Positions 48,874-61,849 of a stretch of DNA of 64,000 bases are shown here, piece after piece (positions within the stretch are counted from its first letter, which is position 1; each line of letters begins with the position of its first letter). The translations under genes were made by a program, and so were the position numbers. The DNA lies in assembly GCA_052327205.1 (NCBI GenBank), contig CM126206.1:285882001-285946000 (forward strand), written 5' to 3'. The notes beneath the pieces were generated by a model, which searched no databases, was not told the DNA's origin, and was given only the letters and a program-made list of their open reading frames with translations. Origin of the DNA: Somniosus microcephalus. Taxonomy: Eukaryota.

Positions 48874-51606
48874 GTGAGGCTACAGAACTAACTTTGTTCT
48901 GTTTTATTGGAAACTAAAATTTGCTGCAAATGGTAACTGAGATGTAAGTTACAATGCACAGTCAAGGCAAAGCTCCAAGCTACATGGAAAAGTGAAATCA
49001 TGCAGGTCCTGAGTTCAAAGTGCTGCTTTGTGCTTGATCATCCCACTTACTAGTTCCTTATGCTTGTACTACTGGCTGAGCATGTCTGCAGCTTAAGTAC
49101 CAGAACATTCAAGCCAAATAGGATGGTGAGCAGTGTGGTTGTTAAGAGTATTGTCCTCTCAACTTAGACCTGGGTTTGAATGAAACCCATCTAATACCAT
49201 AAAGTTTTCTTCCCTCTGCCTCTAAATCCTTTAAGTGGATTGATTTGGGTCATCCTCTATCTAGTTCCCAAAAGACATGCAAAATTGCCTCTAATTTGGT
49301 GCAGAGTCAGTCTTAATCAGGCTACAGGGATACCCAGTTTGGGAGCTACTACATTGGTGCAATAAAGACTACTTGTTTGATGTTGGAGATTAAGTCGAAG
49401 GGTACAGTAGACTGGAGTTGTGTTGGATTAGCAACCTACAGTTGACCCCACTCCCACATGGTTGACTCTTGATGCCTTTTGAAGCTACTCATTGTTGGGC
49501 AACTAGAGACGGACAATAAATGGAGCATCACACATGTCCCAGGAATGAGTTTAAAGTAAATGTTGTTGAGGATCCCAGGAAGTTCACTCACAAGGTCAGT
49601 CTTACCAAATTTCTGTGTTATTATTTACTAGGATGTTTTTTCCATTGCTGAGTTCTAATGAAACACGTTTTCTGCAATGGGAGCAAGAGTTTTCCTTGGG
49701 TAGCTGACACTGTCTTTCAGAACTTAAGAACCTTTTTTCATTCCATATTTGTGTTAGCCTACAAAAAATAATTTTTAGGGCCACCATGATTTCTATAAGG
49801 AAACTGAAGGATAAAGCATTATTCTAGAAGTTGTCTTTAACACTTTATCAGCTGACGAGTCCCACTCTTGATATGTGACTTATCAATATCCCTTTTGGAC
49901 ATGTTACCATTGGCTGATATAGAATTCTTGCAGGCACTGGCAGGAGCAGATCCAGAATCATATATCATTGTTCTAATATTTCTATATTAAAATACTTATT
50001 CTTGGGGTGATTGTGGGGAAAAGTTCTATTCAGAGGCTTTAAGTTCACTGGTCAAAAATCCTAAAGCATGACAATTTGGCCTCCAAAGAATTTTTTGGTT
50101 TATGGTATCATATGTTTTTGATGTAAATTCAGGTTCAGAATTTCTATGACTTAATTCCCAAAAGTCCAGCATACATTTTTTCTAACTTAAGAGGCTGTAA
50201 CCACTGGAACAGAGGGTGACTGGGGAATGTTCATGAGCTTTCCCAAAAGGAGATGGATAGTCTGTTAAAAAGGTTATGTACAGTATGTCCGATTGAGGCA
50301 TGGTTCATTAACACAGTCCAGAGAGGAAATTGGGTGTTGGAATGGCTTCATTCATGTGAGCTCAGTGGAGTTTGGATATCCGGAGTCAGTCCCAGCAGGC
50401 CAATCCCGGTTTGGCGGCGGGGGGGCGCGGTGCGCGGTTGGCGCATTAGAGGTCAAGCCGTTGGCTTCCTCTCCAATTAAAAGAGCCCAGGCAAACTGTA
50501 TCAACCTGGTAAGGATATCAAACACAGAGAGTGCCCTGCTTAAGTATAGCGCCAGTTATTTTCAGAGAAGTGCTTCTGGCCTGTTGATAGGGATAGTATG
50601 ACTTGCTTTATTTTCTATATTACGAGAAGTATATGAACTATTGAATTAATCATTGCAAAATAGATTAAAACTTGTTGTAAACGTTACTGTGGCAGATAGC
50701 ACAATGTAGAAAAGGTAGGCAGGGTATTGGGTGATGTGTTTCATGGTCACTGGTCTCCTGGAATTTGTTTTGATCACCTTTAGTGGTTCAGAGAGGCATT
50801 TCACACATTCTTTTCCCCCCTGAATTGCCCTAGGGTATTTTTCTGTTTGTTTTTGCCTCTCCCAGGAGGTTATGTGGTTACTAGCCGATGGAGGGCATTG
50901 GGGATCATCATGATGTTCAGTTACACCAAGACACTATGGGGCAGGTTGGATGGGCCAGGTTGTATTTTGCTGTTTGTCGTTTTTCTGCATTCGTATGTTT
51001 ACATAAGAAATAGGAGCAGGAGTAGGCCATTTGGCCCCTCGAGCCTGCTCTGCACATCGTATGATTTATAGTCGACCTCATCTCACTAAAATGTTCATCA
51101 GTCCTCCTTCCAGAAGATAGAAGAAATGTGTGTGAGGGCAAGTGCGAGATTACAGTATCCAGTTCATACAACTCTGGGTCACGCTATCCTATGAGTAGAT
51201 GTTGGGCAATAAATGTGAGCTATTGCTTGCAAGGGACGGGGGCTAGCTTATAGGACAGAACTTGAGAATATCTGGAGCAGACCGAAATTTTGATACATAC
51301 TTTTGAATCACAAACTCTTGGTCATTAGCTGTTGCAATCTGATTTGAAATGGCAGCGGGATTTGTAAAAGCAGTTAACTGGGCAAGTGCTGACCAGAACC
51401 CTTGTAGTTCTCACTCTTTGTCTACGAACAAATTTTAGACTTCCCTCGTAAATTTCAATTTTCAGGAGTTCACTGTTAACTTTTCAATTGTTTATTGCTA
51501 TATTTTCTGATTTAGGCACACATGCATTTATCTTTTCTACCCCTCTCTGATCTTTTCCTTTTCCCTGTACTGCCATTGTCTTAACTAACTTTTTGTTTTG
51601 TTGTAG

Positions 51607-51678
51607 GCTCCAGCAATTTTTATAAAAGAGGAACCCAAATTGCAGTCTGCCTGTCCAGAAACATCTAAACCAATAATG
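51607..51678 (+). CDS. BRD9: Putative additional BRD9 exon (APAIFIKEEPKLQSACPETSKPIM) with no human counterpart recognised
   Basis: CTAAC branch point at 51585, long U-rich tract, tag acceptor, ATG|gtgaga donor; 72 nt, open and phase 0/0. Confidence 0.68.
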
Positions 51679-53639
51679 GTGAGAGGGCCTGAGTGTTCAT
51701 AGGTTATGTTGAAAGTACTGTGCAAATAACGGTTTAGATAGAAAGAAAGACTTGTATTTATATAGTGCCTTTCACAATTTCAGGACGTCCCAACCCACTT
51801 CACAGCCAGTTAAGTACTTCTTGAAGTGTAGTCACCGTTGTAATGTAGGAAACGCAACAGCCAATTTACACATGGCAAGCTCTCACAAACAGCACTGTGA
51901 TAATGAACAGAAGACAGGGTCATATTATAATCTAATACAGCCCAAATGGTCAGTTCTGTTGAGCAACAACTTGCATTTATCTGGTGCCTTTAATGTTCCA
52001 AGCAGCAGGCGATTAGTCTTTTCGGGAGGCTTAGGAGTAGTGACTGGAAGCTTGGTTGAAGAGTTGTGCTTTGAGAAGGCGGCGAGAGTCTGGGGCTTGA
52101 GTTGGAAAGTTTCACATAGGTCGGTGGATACTACTGGGGAGAAATTCATGGAGGTGCATCGTGGAAGTTAAGTTTCATCCTGCGGCTACAGATCTAGAAT
52201 ACCCAGAATACAGCACAACATCCCATAGGTGGAAAGGAACCAAGAAGTTAATTGTTTCTGTTGATGAATTCTATGAGTGATGCATCGTGGGGGTTGCAGG
52301 TTTCACCTTGCTGCTGTAGAACTATGGTATCCAGAGTATAACCTGACAACCTGGAGAAAATAATTTAAATGTTCCCTTTTTTGTGCCCCCTGAGTTTTTA
52401 ATGTAGGTTAAGCTAATGAATAATTCGGAACTAATCGCATTTGCGGTGAAGTGGTTTTTGTTTTGCTGAGAGACTGGTTCCAACCCAAGAATCAGAGAGG
52501 AGGAATGTTTTAGGTGCTTTGATGCTGGCCTCAAACATTACAGCTGATAGCATCAGACACTGTGGCCAGTGTTGGTCAGTCCCCAGACCATAGCAAATGG
52601 CCATCTGTTTAGCTGCTGGTCATAGGAGACTGAGCAGTGGGGGAAAAAAACCTCCCTGGTACAGCACTACATTAATGACTGTTTCAGAAACAGCTACAAA
52701 TCCCTATGAGAATTAAAGAGGGGCGGGGCGATAGCTTTATAATTTATGTAAATAACCTGAGGAAAAGGAGGATTTAGAGAGGGGAAGGAGGGAAAAAATA
52801 AAGTACTTGTATCTTCAGCAAATACTACAACTCCATCATGGGAGGTGGAGCAAAAATATAAATACTTGTAATGTAAAGGACAGAATAGAAGGATTTGGGG
52901 AGAGAAGGAAGAACCAAGTTACTTGCACCTTTAAATAAGTTTTGCAAGGTGGAAGGCAAAAAATATTACCCACATTGTATCTGTCGGGCTTTTATCTTTC
53001 AGTATTAATATGGTGTGTTTTTTGATACGCAAACTTAAGTGTGGGTCATATATTTATTATCGCTGAGACAGTAAAAGGTCATTTTCAAGAAAAATATAAT
53101 TCAAGGCTGATTGATTAGCTGCTCAGAGAAAGGTCAACATTTCAACTGTATCCCTTCATCAGAACTGACTTTCCATTTTAGTTTTCCAGTATTCAATTCA
53201 AGCTTCTTTTTGTATTATGCTGTGGTCCAATAGACAGTATTGGTCAAGGAGGTGTTGAGAGTACTGGCCCATCGTATCAAGGTGTGAGTTTGCATTGTGG
53301 GCCACAAGGTCTCAGAAATACAGAACTGGCAGGATGTTTCAACAAGTATATAGATTAGTGTTGGTGAGAAATATATTAATAAAAGCAATTTTGGTCTCGT
53401 GCATCACTTGCTTTTGGATAGATTTTCACCTATCTGAATTGTGAATTGCTTTACAAACATCTACCTGTGTTAATGGGTTTATACAGTAGTTTTAATGGTA
53501 TTCTACATGAAACCATTATTGAAGTGTGAAATGTTCATTTGTCCAGAACCTGTGAAACTGATCATTGAGACACATTACAGGACAATAAGTCTAACCTACA
53601 TTTTATGGTTATAACTTTGTACTTTATTGATTGCTATAG

Positions 53640-53748
53640 GTTGGAGGGGCAAATGGCAGTGCAGGCGACAACCGGACTGGCCTGGATTTCATACCTGTGA
53701 AGTCTTATTCTGACGTCTCCTTGGATATTTCTTTATTGAACTCGCTAG
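53640..53748 (+). CDS. BRD9: BRD9 exon homologous to human exon 14 (VGGANGSAGDNRTGLDFIPVKSYSDVSLDISLLNSL)
   Basis: Matches human KSYPDVSVDISMLSSL; tatag acceptor, gtaagt donor; 109 nt. Confidence 0.95.
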
Positions 53749-55508
53749 GTAAGTACGAGTTGTACTTTGAACACACTTTTTTTTTTTTAAATGATTTCAA
53801 ATAGACAGGTTTACCTGAATCCTAACTTGTACACAATCAAATAACTTACTGTACCTACTTTTACATTAAATGAATGCAGTTTTAAACATTTGCCTTGGGA
53901 GTAATAATCTCCTAAAACCACAGCTGACCATGTTTAGAAAGAAACCTTCAATTGGGATTACCAGACTTGTTTTGCTTTTCTCCGATTTACCTTGATGTAC
54001 TTTTAACTTTATTACCTTTATATATAGATACTAGTTGGTATCCTGTGACATTGCTTATGAGTACCTGGGGTCTGGAGTGTTGTGATGACTGGGAGAAATG
54101 CTATAAGCAAATTATTGCTCCTTCTTGTCATCTTAACCTCTCCAGGTTATCTTGTGGTCAGAAAAATGGTTGGGGGGGGGGGGAAGTAATGTATATAATA
54201 TATCTATGCCTGCAATGTTTTTGTAAGGAGCAAAACCATGACTTTGTGACAATTTGCATATGCCCAGATTGCAATGATTGGGCTATACATTTCCTTAAAT
54301 ATATAGCGTACACTATATTTCCTATAATTTGTGACGAAACAAAACAGTAAGGTATTTTCATTGACTTTATAAAGATCGCTGATGTCTGGCAGTGAGTTTA
54401 AGACAGTAATTCAGTCTTGTAGTTTGTGTTAATTTTGCTCTTTTATGGTTTGATGTAACTGAGCTGATGAATTAACAGCTTCAAACACCACCAGCATTTC
54501 TGTGTATATTGTTGTGACTTGCTGTGTTTCTTGCAGAGTTCACTCTCTTCAATCTAAGGAATTTTCAGATCCTCTCAAATGAGATTTTCTTGCTTTTTTT
54601 TGTTTTGGCTTTGTTTTGTTCTTCCTTTCCTGAGTTATTTGCATCCACATATCCTTAAGCAGCTGAGTGAACATGCATCACAGCTTGCCCCAGCACTGTA
54701 GGTCAATTGCTCAGATAATTTCTACTTGGTTGATTATGTTTGTGGTTTCCTATAGTGTGTTTTTGAAAGTTTTTTTTTCAATTTTCAAGCTGAGATATTT
54801 CAGAAAAGCAGCAAGAAATGTCCAATGTTAGCAAATATTAGCAAACAGGAGTTACCAGTTAAGTATTCACCTACCAAAATCCACGCATTGAAATATTATC
54901 ATTATGGGGAATTGGGTAGTCCAGTAGGTTAGCATAGTCTTCTCTACCTTTGGGACACAAGTTTAAAACCAGCTGCGACTGATGGGACAAAAGACTCTTT
55001 CTGTCTGTCTGCAAATTTCCCACATAAAATTGAACCTGTGCAGTATCAGTCTGGTTTCTGCTGGGTTTGGGGCTCAAGCACAAAAAACAATCTGTAGTTC
55101 AGTGCTAAATCAGCAGGCTTACTCTGAGGCCATAGGATGACTGGTGTGTGAAATAGAAAAATATCGCAGTGGTGCAGTCGGAGGCATTCTTCAGAGTTTG
55201 GGACTAGGCTGCATTGTTGGGTCAGAATAGATGGAGCTTTACTCAGTATCTAACGTCCTATACTAGACATGGGAATGCTTAATGTTAACTGGGTGACTGA
55301 AATGGAAAATGTTCCCTTTCTCAACGCTAACATCCCTTGCCCTCAATGAGCAGAAAATTCACCAGTTTTTTAATACAAAAAAAAGTTGAACTTTTACAGT
55401 TTGCTTAATTTGTACCAATAGCATTTTGAGTACCCTATCCCTTAAAAGCTTGTCCAGTTTCCGAAGATACCTAAGCCGTACCTTAATTGAAAATTTGTCA
55501 CATTTTAG

Positions 55509-55679
55509 GGAAAGTAGTGAAGAAGGAGCCTGATCACGATGATAACCAGAGAAATCTAGATGAGACCACCAAGTTGCTGCAGGACTTGCATGAGGCTCAG
55601 ACGGAACGTGTCAGTTCCCGACCTTCCTCAAATCTCAGCTCAATCTCCAGTAACTCCGACCGCGAGCAGCACCACCTAG
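55509..55679 (+). CDS. BRD9: BRD9 exon homologous to human exon 15 (KVVKKEPDHDDNQRNLDETTKLLQDLHEAQTERVSSRPSSNLSS...EQHHL)
   Basis: Strong homology; tttag acceptor, gtataa donor; 171 nt. The terminal exon (GSPSRLS...) was not found in the window. Confidence 0.96.
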
Positions 55680-55849
55680 GTATAAGCTAAGTTCAAATTA
55701 GCCTTGGTTCAGTTTGTGCCTGCAGCGCATAAAGATTGATTATTCTTCAGTAACTGTCCACAAGACCCTTCTTGACTGTTTGGGGGCAAAGTATGTGAGA
55801 TTAGATTTGTGTCTCTGCACGTTCTGCTGTGGTACTGTAGATTTAAATG

Positions 55850-56300
55850 ATGAGGATAAGTACAGATGAGGGAGGCCATTTTATCCAGTTGCTCTTCCTT
55901 TTGTAGAAATCTACTGTTGTCTTTCCTTCCTCTTTCTCCCCTTCTCCCCCTCCTCCCCTACCCCCCCCCCCCCCCTCCAATCCAATCATTGTATCTAACT
56001 GCTTTTTGAATGATTCCAGAGTTCTTGTCTCCACTAACCAATCCGGAAGACTATTCCAGGTATTAATCACTTTCTGTGAAGAAATACGTCCAGGTATCGA
56101 TTCTGAAATTGCCTTTTACCAGTTTACACCCATACTCCCTTATTCTGCTGGCGAAGTTGAACTTAAAATAGTACTCTGGAGTTATGTTTTCTATTCCATT
56201 TAATGCCTTTTTTGCCTCTTTAAGGTCCCCTCTCATTCGCTTCCTTTCATGGTTGAAGAGTGCAAGTTTTTCCAGCCCAAATCCTCTGACGCTTGGAGTC
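55850..56300 (-). mobile_element. CR1 3' fragment
   Basis: ERKRMRGDL and INTWNSLPDWLVE on the minus strand. Confidence 0.75.
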
Positions 56301-58009
56301 AACCCTTCACCGGCTAGTCGTGGTTCTGCCGAACCTCCGGGTTCAGCAGTATGTTTTCATCATCGTTTCTTCTGCAAACTGCAGATAATTCTCTTACAAT
56401 ACATTATGGTTTTGAGCTTCACTCATCTCGCATGCAATTTATTCACAAAAAGCCCTATAGAGGTGTTCAGAAATGATGTGGCCTTAATAAAAAGAATATT
56501 AGTGTAAGTAAGATTGCCCTCATCTAAGGTGCATATTTATGTGTATGAGGGTTTGTGCTAGTGAAAGTTTTTTTATATGCAACCCATATAGCCTGCCAGA
56601 TATGTTGCTTGAACAGTTTTCTTTTATAGTACAAAATGTTTTAAAGTGGAGCATTTTGTTTTATGGCTACTTTGGCACATTCCTCCAAAATATCTTTGGA
56701 TATTTACTTGAAGGAAAAAAAAGTTTATCTATCACAAGTCAAACCCACATCCTTCTACACAAGAAATATGTGACCGTGTGTGTGAAATATGTGATCTTGT
56801 GTGCTAAATGTGTGAAAACAGAAGAGGATGAGTATAAAGCTACTGTACAAGAAGGGCATTAGTACCAAACTGAGGAGTGTGCTGATGACCTTGCCCTTGT
56901 AGTATTTTTTTGGAAATGTCTAGTACACACGTACAGAATTTGTGCTGTCAGTTTTGGGAATAGAAGCCTCACCCAATGTAGAAATCTTTAATGTCTAGTA
57001 TGTTGTGAATTGTAAACATTAGCATGCATTTTGCTAACAACACATTAAGTAATGCAACGCTAAAAGTGTAGCAGCAGTGAGACTGGTGTGGAAATCCAAT
57101 CTGTCATTCCAGCTTACAGAACTTTATCTGTCTTCTGTCTTCTTTTTCTTAATCCTTTGTCTGCATAACCAAGCTGTCATGAGGAAATGCCATTCTTGGG
57201 CCAGCTGCTGGCGTGAGAAGGGAAACATCGTTAACTTCAAAAATAGTTAACTGCCTAAAAAAGCAAGTCAGTAAAATTTGAAGTTTTATGAAGCTTCATT
57301 GGTTTTCCCTGGTAACTTATTGCACAAGTCTTATCCATTTTGAGCATTCTGTATTCATGTTAGCTGAAGTCCAGAATCTAGTTTTAGGCTAAAGATGTTT
57401 TAATCTATTTTAATTTAAATCTCCATCTACAATTGGATTATTCAGTACTGAGCAATATTTTATTGGCATGCTCTTTTAAAGACGATGGGCCTGTTACATA
57501 CCTTTTAAATACTCAATCTATAAAGTCTTTTCTGAGCGCCTTTGATCAATATGATGCATCCCCTTTGATGCATTTAAGGGAAAGCTAGATAAGTACATCA
57601 GGGAGAAAGGAATAGAAGGTTATGCTAATAGGATTAGGTGAAGAGGGATGGGAGGAGGCTTGTGTGGAGCATAAACACCAGCATGGACCAGTTGGGCCAA
57701 ATGGCCTTATTCTGTGTAATCTGTAGGGGCCGCTGAGCAGCTGGATTGGGCGAGATTGTAGGAGAAAGCTTCTACAAGGAGTTAAATCAAACCTGTAACA
57801 CCAATTGTCTTTTTTTTTAAATCACAATGAAATCATATTAAATCATATGAATTATGTATTTGAAATACTGGCAGCTTCCATGGTTGGTTGGTTTGTTAAT
57901 TTTAAAAGATTAGCTGCTTATTGGAGAAAATAGAAATCACTTGAATTTTGTGATAAATTGGCTTTTAAACTGGTCTGGATAGGTGATTGGGAATCTGGTT
58001 AAATAGCAG

Positions 58010-59050
58010 CAATTTCTATTTTTATAGAGCTGCTCACACTCCGAGACATGTCTGAGTGCTTTACTGGGAGATGATAACAAGCAGACAAAAATCAGGAGGG
58101 AGAAAGGAAATAGAGGCCGGGTGGGAGGGCAAAAGTATACTCGAGAAGGGACTTTGAAAGTAGGGAGCGAAGTGACAGGATTGGATGCTGAGAGGAGAGC
58201 GTTCCAGGGTATGGGCGCCTAGTGGCTGAAGGAGTAGCCATCGATGGTCGAGCAGAGGGAGCAGTAAGCCGGTTGGAGGCATAGATCAAGGACATAGGCC
58301 TGGAGGAAATTGAGTAGGTAGGAAAGGGTGAGGTAGAGGGATTTGAAGATAATGAGGACCTTAGTCAATTCTCTAGGGCACATGGAACTTGGTGAGTATG
58401 TGAACAATGGCATTGTGGGCCTTATGGGAGAGGATGTAGGTCTCCACATTCTGGGCAACTCGTCACTTATGAAAAGTGGAAGCAAGAAGGCTGGCAGTTG
58501 GAGGTAGGGATGGAGGCAGGTCATGTTTCAGATATGGGGGGGAGGAAGTTGAACTTGGGTCAAGGAATGCACCATGGGTCTGCACCTTTGGGTTTAACCT
58601 GAACTAGTAGCCAAGGATAAAGATGGAGCTGAGGCTGAATATGCAAAGGAGTTTCCAGGATCCAAAGAGGGAGACTTTGGTTTTACTGACATTAAGCTAG
58701 AGGAAGTTGCAGCTCATCCCAAGTTAATGTCAAATAGGCAGTCGGCAAGAGTGGCAACAGCATGGAGTTAATGGGATGGTTTGGGGGAGGAGAGGAGAAG
58801 TGGCAAGATTGGTGTGCATAGGAAAGCGGTTTGCATCTTTCCAAATGATGTCATTGAGGGGTAGCATGCAAACTATGGGGGAGGGAGTCAAAGCTGGAAC
58901 TATGGGGCCCACCAAAAATTGCTATGCCGGCATGGGAGCAGAAACTACTCTAGGCAGTGTAATGTCTATGATATGATAGGGAGAAGAGGGCAGCACCACA
59001 GAGCTAGACTGTGGAAGTGAGACAATCGAGTAACCCAAGTCTAGAATAGA
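58010..59050 (-). mobile_element. Old L2 fragment
   Basis: Degenerate collinearity with the other L2 copies. Confidence 0.6.
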
Positions 59051-61849
59051 AGAAAGATGTTTAACACAAGCTGTTAACTTGCATTTCCATTACGATTCCT
59101 GTTGATATTGCTGATTTGCAACTGCAAGTTCACCTGATTCTTAAGCATTTAACACTAACGCACTCCATATGTGTGCTGCACAATGTAAACAACGACAATT
59201 TACATTTATATAGCGCCTTTAACTTTTAGTAAAACGTCTCAAGGTGCTTCACAGGAGCGTTATCAAAACAGAATTTGACACCGAGCCATGTGAGGACATG
59301 TTAGGGCAGATGACCAAAAGCTTGATCAAAGAGGTAGGTATTAAGGAGCTCAAATGTAATTTTAAGGTTACTCAAATGTAGCAACTGGACAGTTATGAAT
59401 TGTAGGAAGATATTTAGTTAGCGTGATCAGATTTTGGAGTAAATGCTTTCGTCATTATAGTGCTTCGAACTACCGAGAGGTTTTTCAGAGGTAATTTTAA
59501 TGCCGCTTGACACACACCTCGGTGCAAGTAAGGATATATTGGGGGAGGACTGCCTTCAGTTTGAGTGGTTGTGATTACTAGACTTCACCACAGAAATGTT
59601 TATAGAATGAGTGACAAAGCACTGATGGTTGGTTGACATGAGTCACAGGATCAGTCTCTTGTCAATACTTCCACTGCAATCACATGTGGCTATCAAGTTG
59701 GAAGGAAGTGTTTTGAGTCAGTATGAGAATTTTAATAGATTGCTTGATAATTATCCAAACCTAAATGGTGTCAAGTCTCTCCGTTGTAATAAGTCATCAG
59801 TAGGCCCAATTCCCTCATTTAACAATATGTGGCTACAAATTGCTGTTTTCATCCAACTCTGCATTAACTGCTGCTGTAGCTCATTCTAGTTGTACTCAGT
59901 GGGAAGACATATGTAACTTGGGCATGTTTGAGAGCACAGGACGTGATGTTTTAGTTGAGATTGTAAAACTGAGGATCAATAAGACACGCAACAGAAGCAA
60001 TCTTTCCTTGACCAGTACCTCTGCAGTTACTAGCAATTAAATTTTTTGCACGTGAAATCAGACTTTAGATTTGTGTGCGTGTGTTTTTTATATTCCTTCA
60101 GAAAGCAAAAGCCTTTTCCTGTTGGCCCTTTAACCATGTACAGTAGAAAGTCAGCCTTACTTGGACATTGTAGAGCTGTGCTTTAGTGTCACTGTTCTCC
60201 CAGAGCTCCAGTACAAATGTGTCTTAAATTGCACAGAGCCACTTCAAATGGAATCAGTTTGTGTCAGCTTCCAGTACTCTGAAATCCATCCTCTTTACAT
60301 TGGAGGACAGATCTCAGAACTCAGGCGGCAGCACAAAAATAACTCAGCAATTCCAAATGCATATTTGGCCGCAGATCTTTCCCAATGTTGAGGAGAGGTG
60401 TGTGTAAAGCCCAACAATGTGGAATTGGCGTCTGTTGACACGGGTTAAGGACGGGGCTTGGCTTGGCTGTGATCCCTCCGATACGGGCTGACTGGGCTCA
60501 CACATGAAGAATGGCCACTTTGGCAAGGTACCAGGGGTGACTGCGGAACTGTACACCATCTTCAGGAGAGGAGAACATTGGAGAGAAAAATGGTGCCGTT
60601 TATGCTGAATGCTCATTGTTATGCTGGTCAAGTTTTTATTTGTGTAGTAAATGAAAACCGCATGCAGAAAGCTCAGGTATGTAAAGCTAAGTTGTAATTT
60701 TCTGTTGCCATGTTCAGGGATACTGGATACCAACAGGAGGTTTATTCCGGAAGCACTTCCCATAGTAATTGTCAGCCTCAGTATACTGAGAGTAAGTCTT
60801 TACCCGGCAATCTGTGTAAGATTCCTGTGTTTGCTTGGTGTAAATTATACATGACCAGGAGATGAGGGAGTGTCACCAAGTTGTGTTTGTGACAGAGGAG
60901 CTAGAATTTTTATAACCCAGCACTAACTGGCAGAGGCAGCATGCACAAAGCCCAGGTATTTAAATCTAAGCTGTCGGCATTTTGTGTGATACATATACTA
61001 GTGACAGTATTTAAACAGTGTATACTACTGCAGTGTGAATTCACATTAAAGGCTTTCAATTTGTGTCAATTGTCCTAACTTTCCATGGTAGTCAAGATGT
61101 CTTGTTGCACAGTTTACCCTACCATTAATGTCCTTTTAATAACGTAAAGGAAATTGGAAGATTGCACTGTGCCGCACACCTTGGTCAGTAAGAATCCGAT
61201 AGTAGCAGGTGTTCTCTGTTTTACTAGAATTTATTACTCCTAAATTGGCCAGCAGTGAGGCCAATATTGCCAAGCAGACTGAAGCTATTATGTAATTTCT
61301 TAACCTTCCCTTTAACCTCAACACTACACTCATGTAGTTGCATATGAAAATCTAATCGGAGGGGTTTAAACATTCCCAGTATAGAAGTGCTTGCATAGTA
61401 CACACCCCATCTGCTATTTCATCATCACTGCTCAAAGGGAACACAGCAGCAAAGCTGTATTTCTCAAATCCCTCTGATCTACATCTGGCTTCTGGTGTAA
61501 ACTGTAGCTGCCAGCAGTGAAGTGATGCTGGTGGAGCAAACTTTCCCAGAACAGATACTATCTTCCAGGAATTGTCTCTCAAACCCCTCGGCAGCAGAGT
61601 ATTAAACGTGTGAGTTGCATCATCTATGGTAAGGCAAATGACCCACCATTTGTGGTGGGGCAAATGGACAAACATACCAGAATAGCAAACAACTCTTTTT
61701 AGCTCAACCATTTTTAACTTTAGTTGCTATTTGAAAGTGCGCCATCACTAACTTTTTTTAGCCTAAGTTTTTATGAAGACATGATTCTCCCTTCCCATTG
61801 TTCCTTCTTCCTGATGGCAGGCACTGCAACTTCTACCTCCCTGCTCAAC

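Noticed and set aside
53749-55508. Equivalent of the human BRD9 poison exon 14a
   Set aside because: No convincing exon seen, and the human one is reported to derive from a primate-specific insertion.
60102-60133. Possible BRD9 terminal exon after ttccttcag (ESKSLFLLAL*)
   Set aside because: No similarity to the conserved GSPSRLSVGEQ C-terminus; the true last exon is probably beyond 64000. An alternative end cannot be excluded without RNA data.
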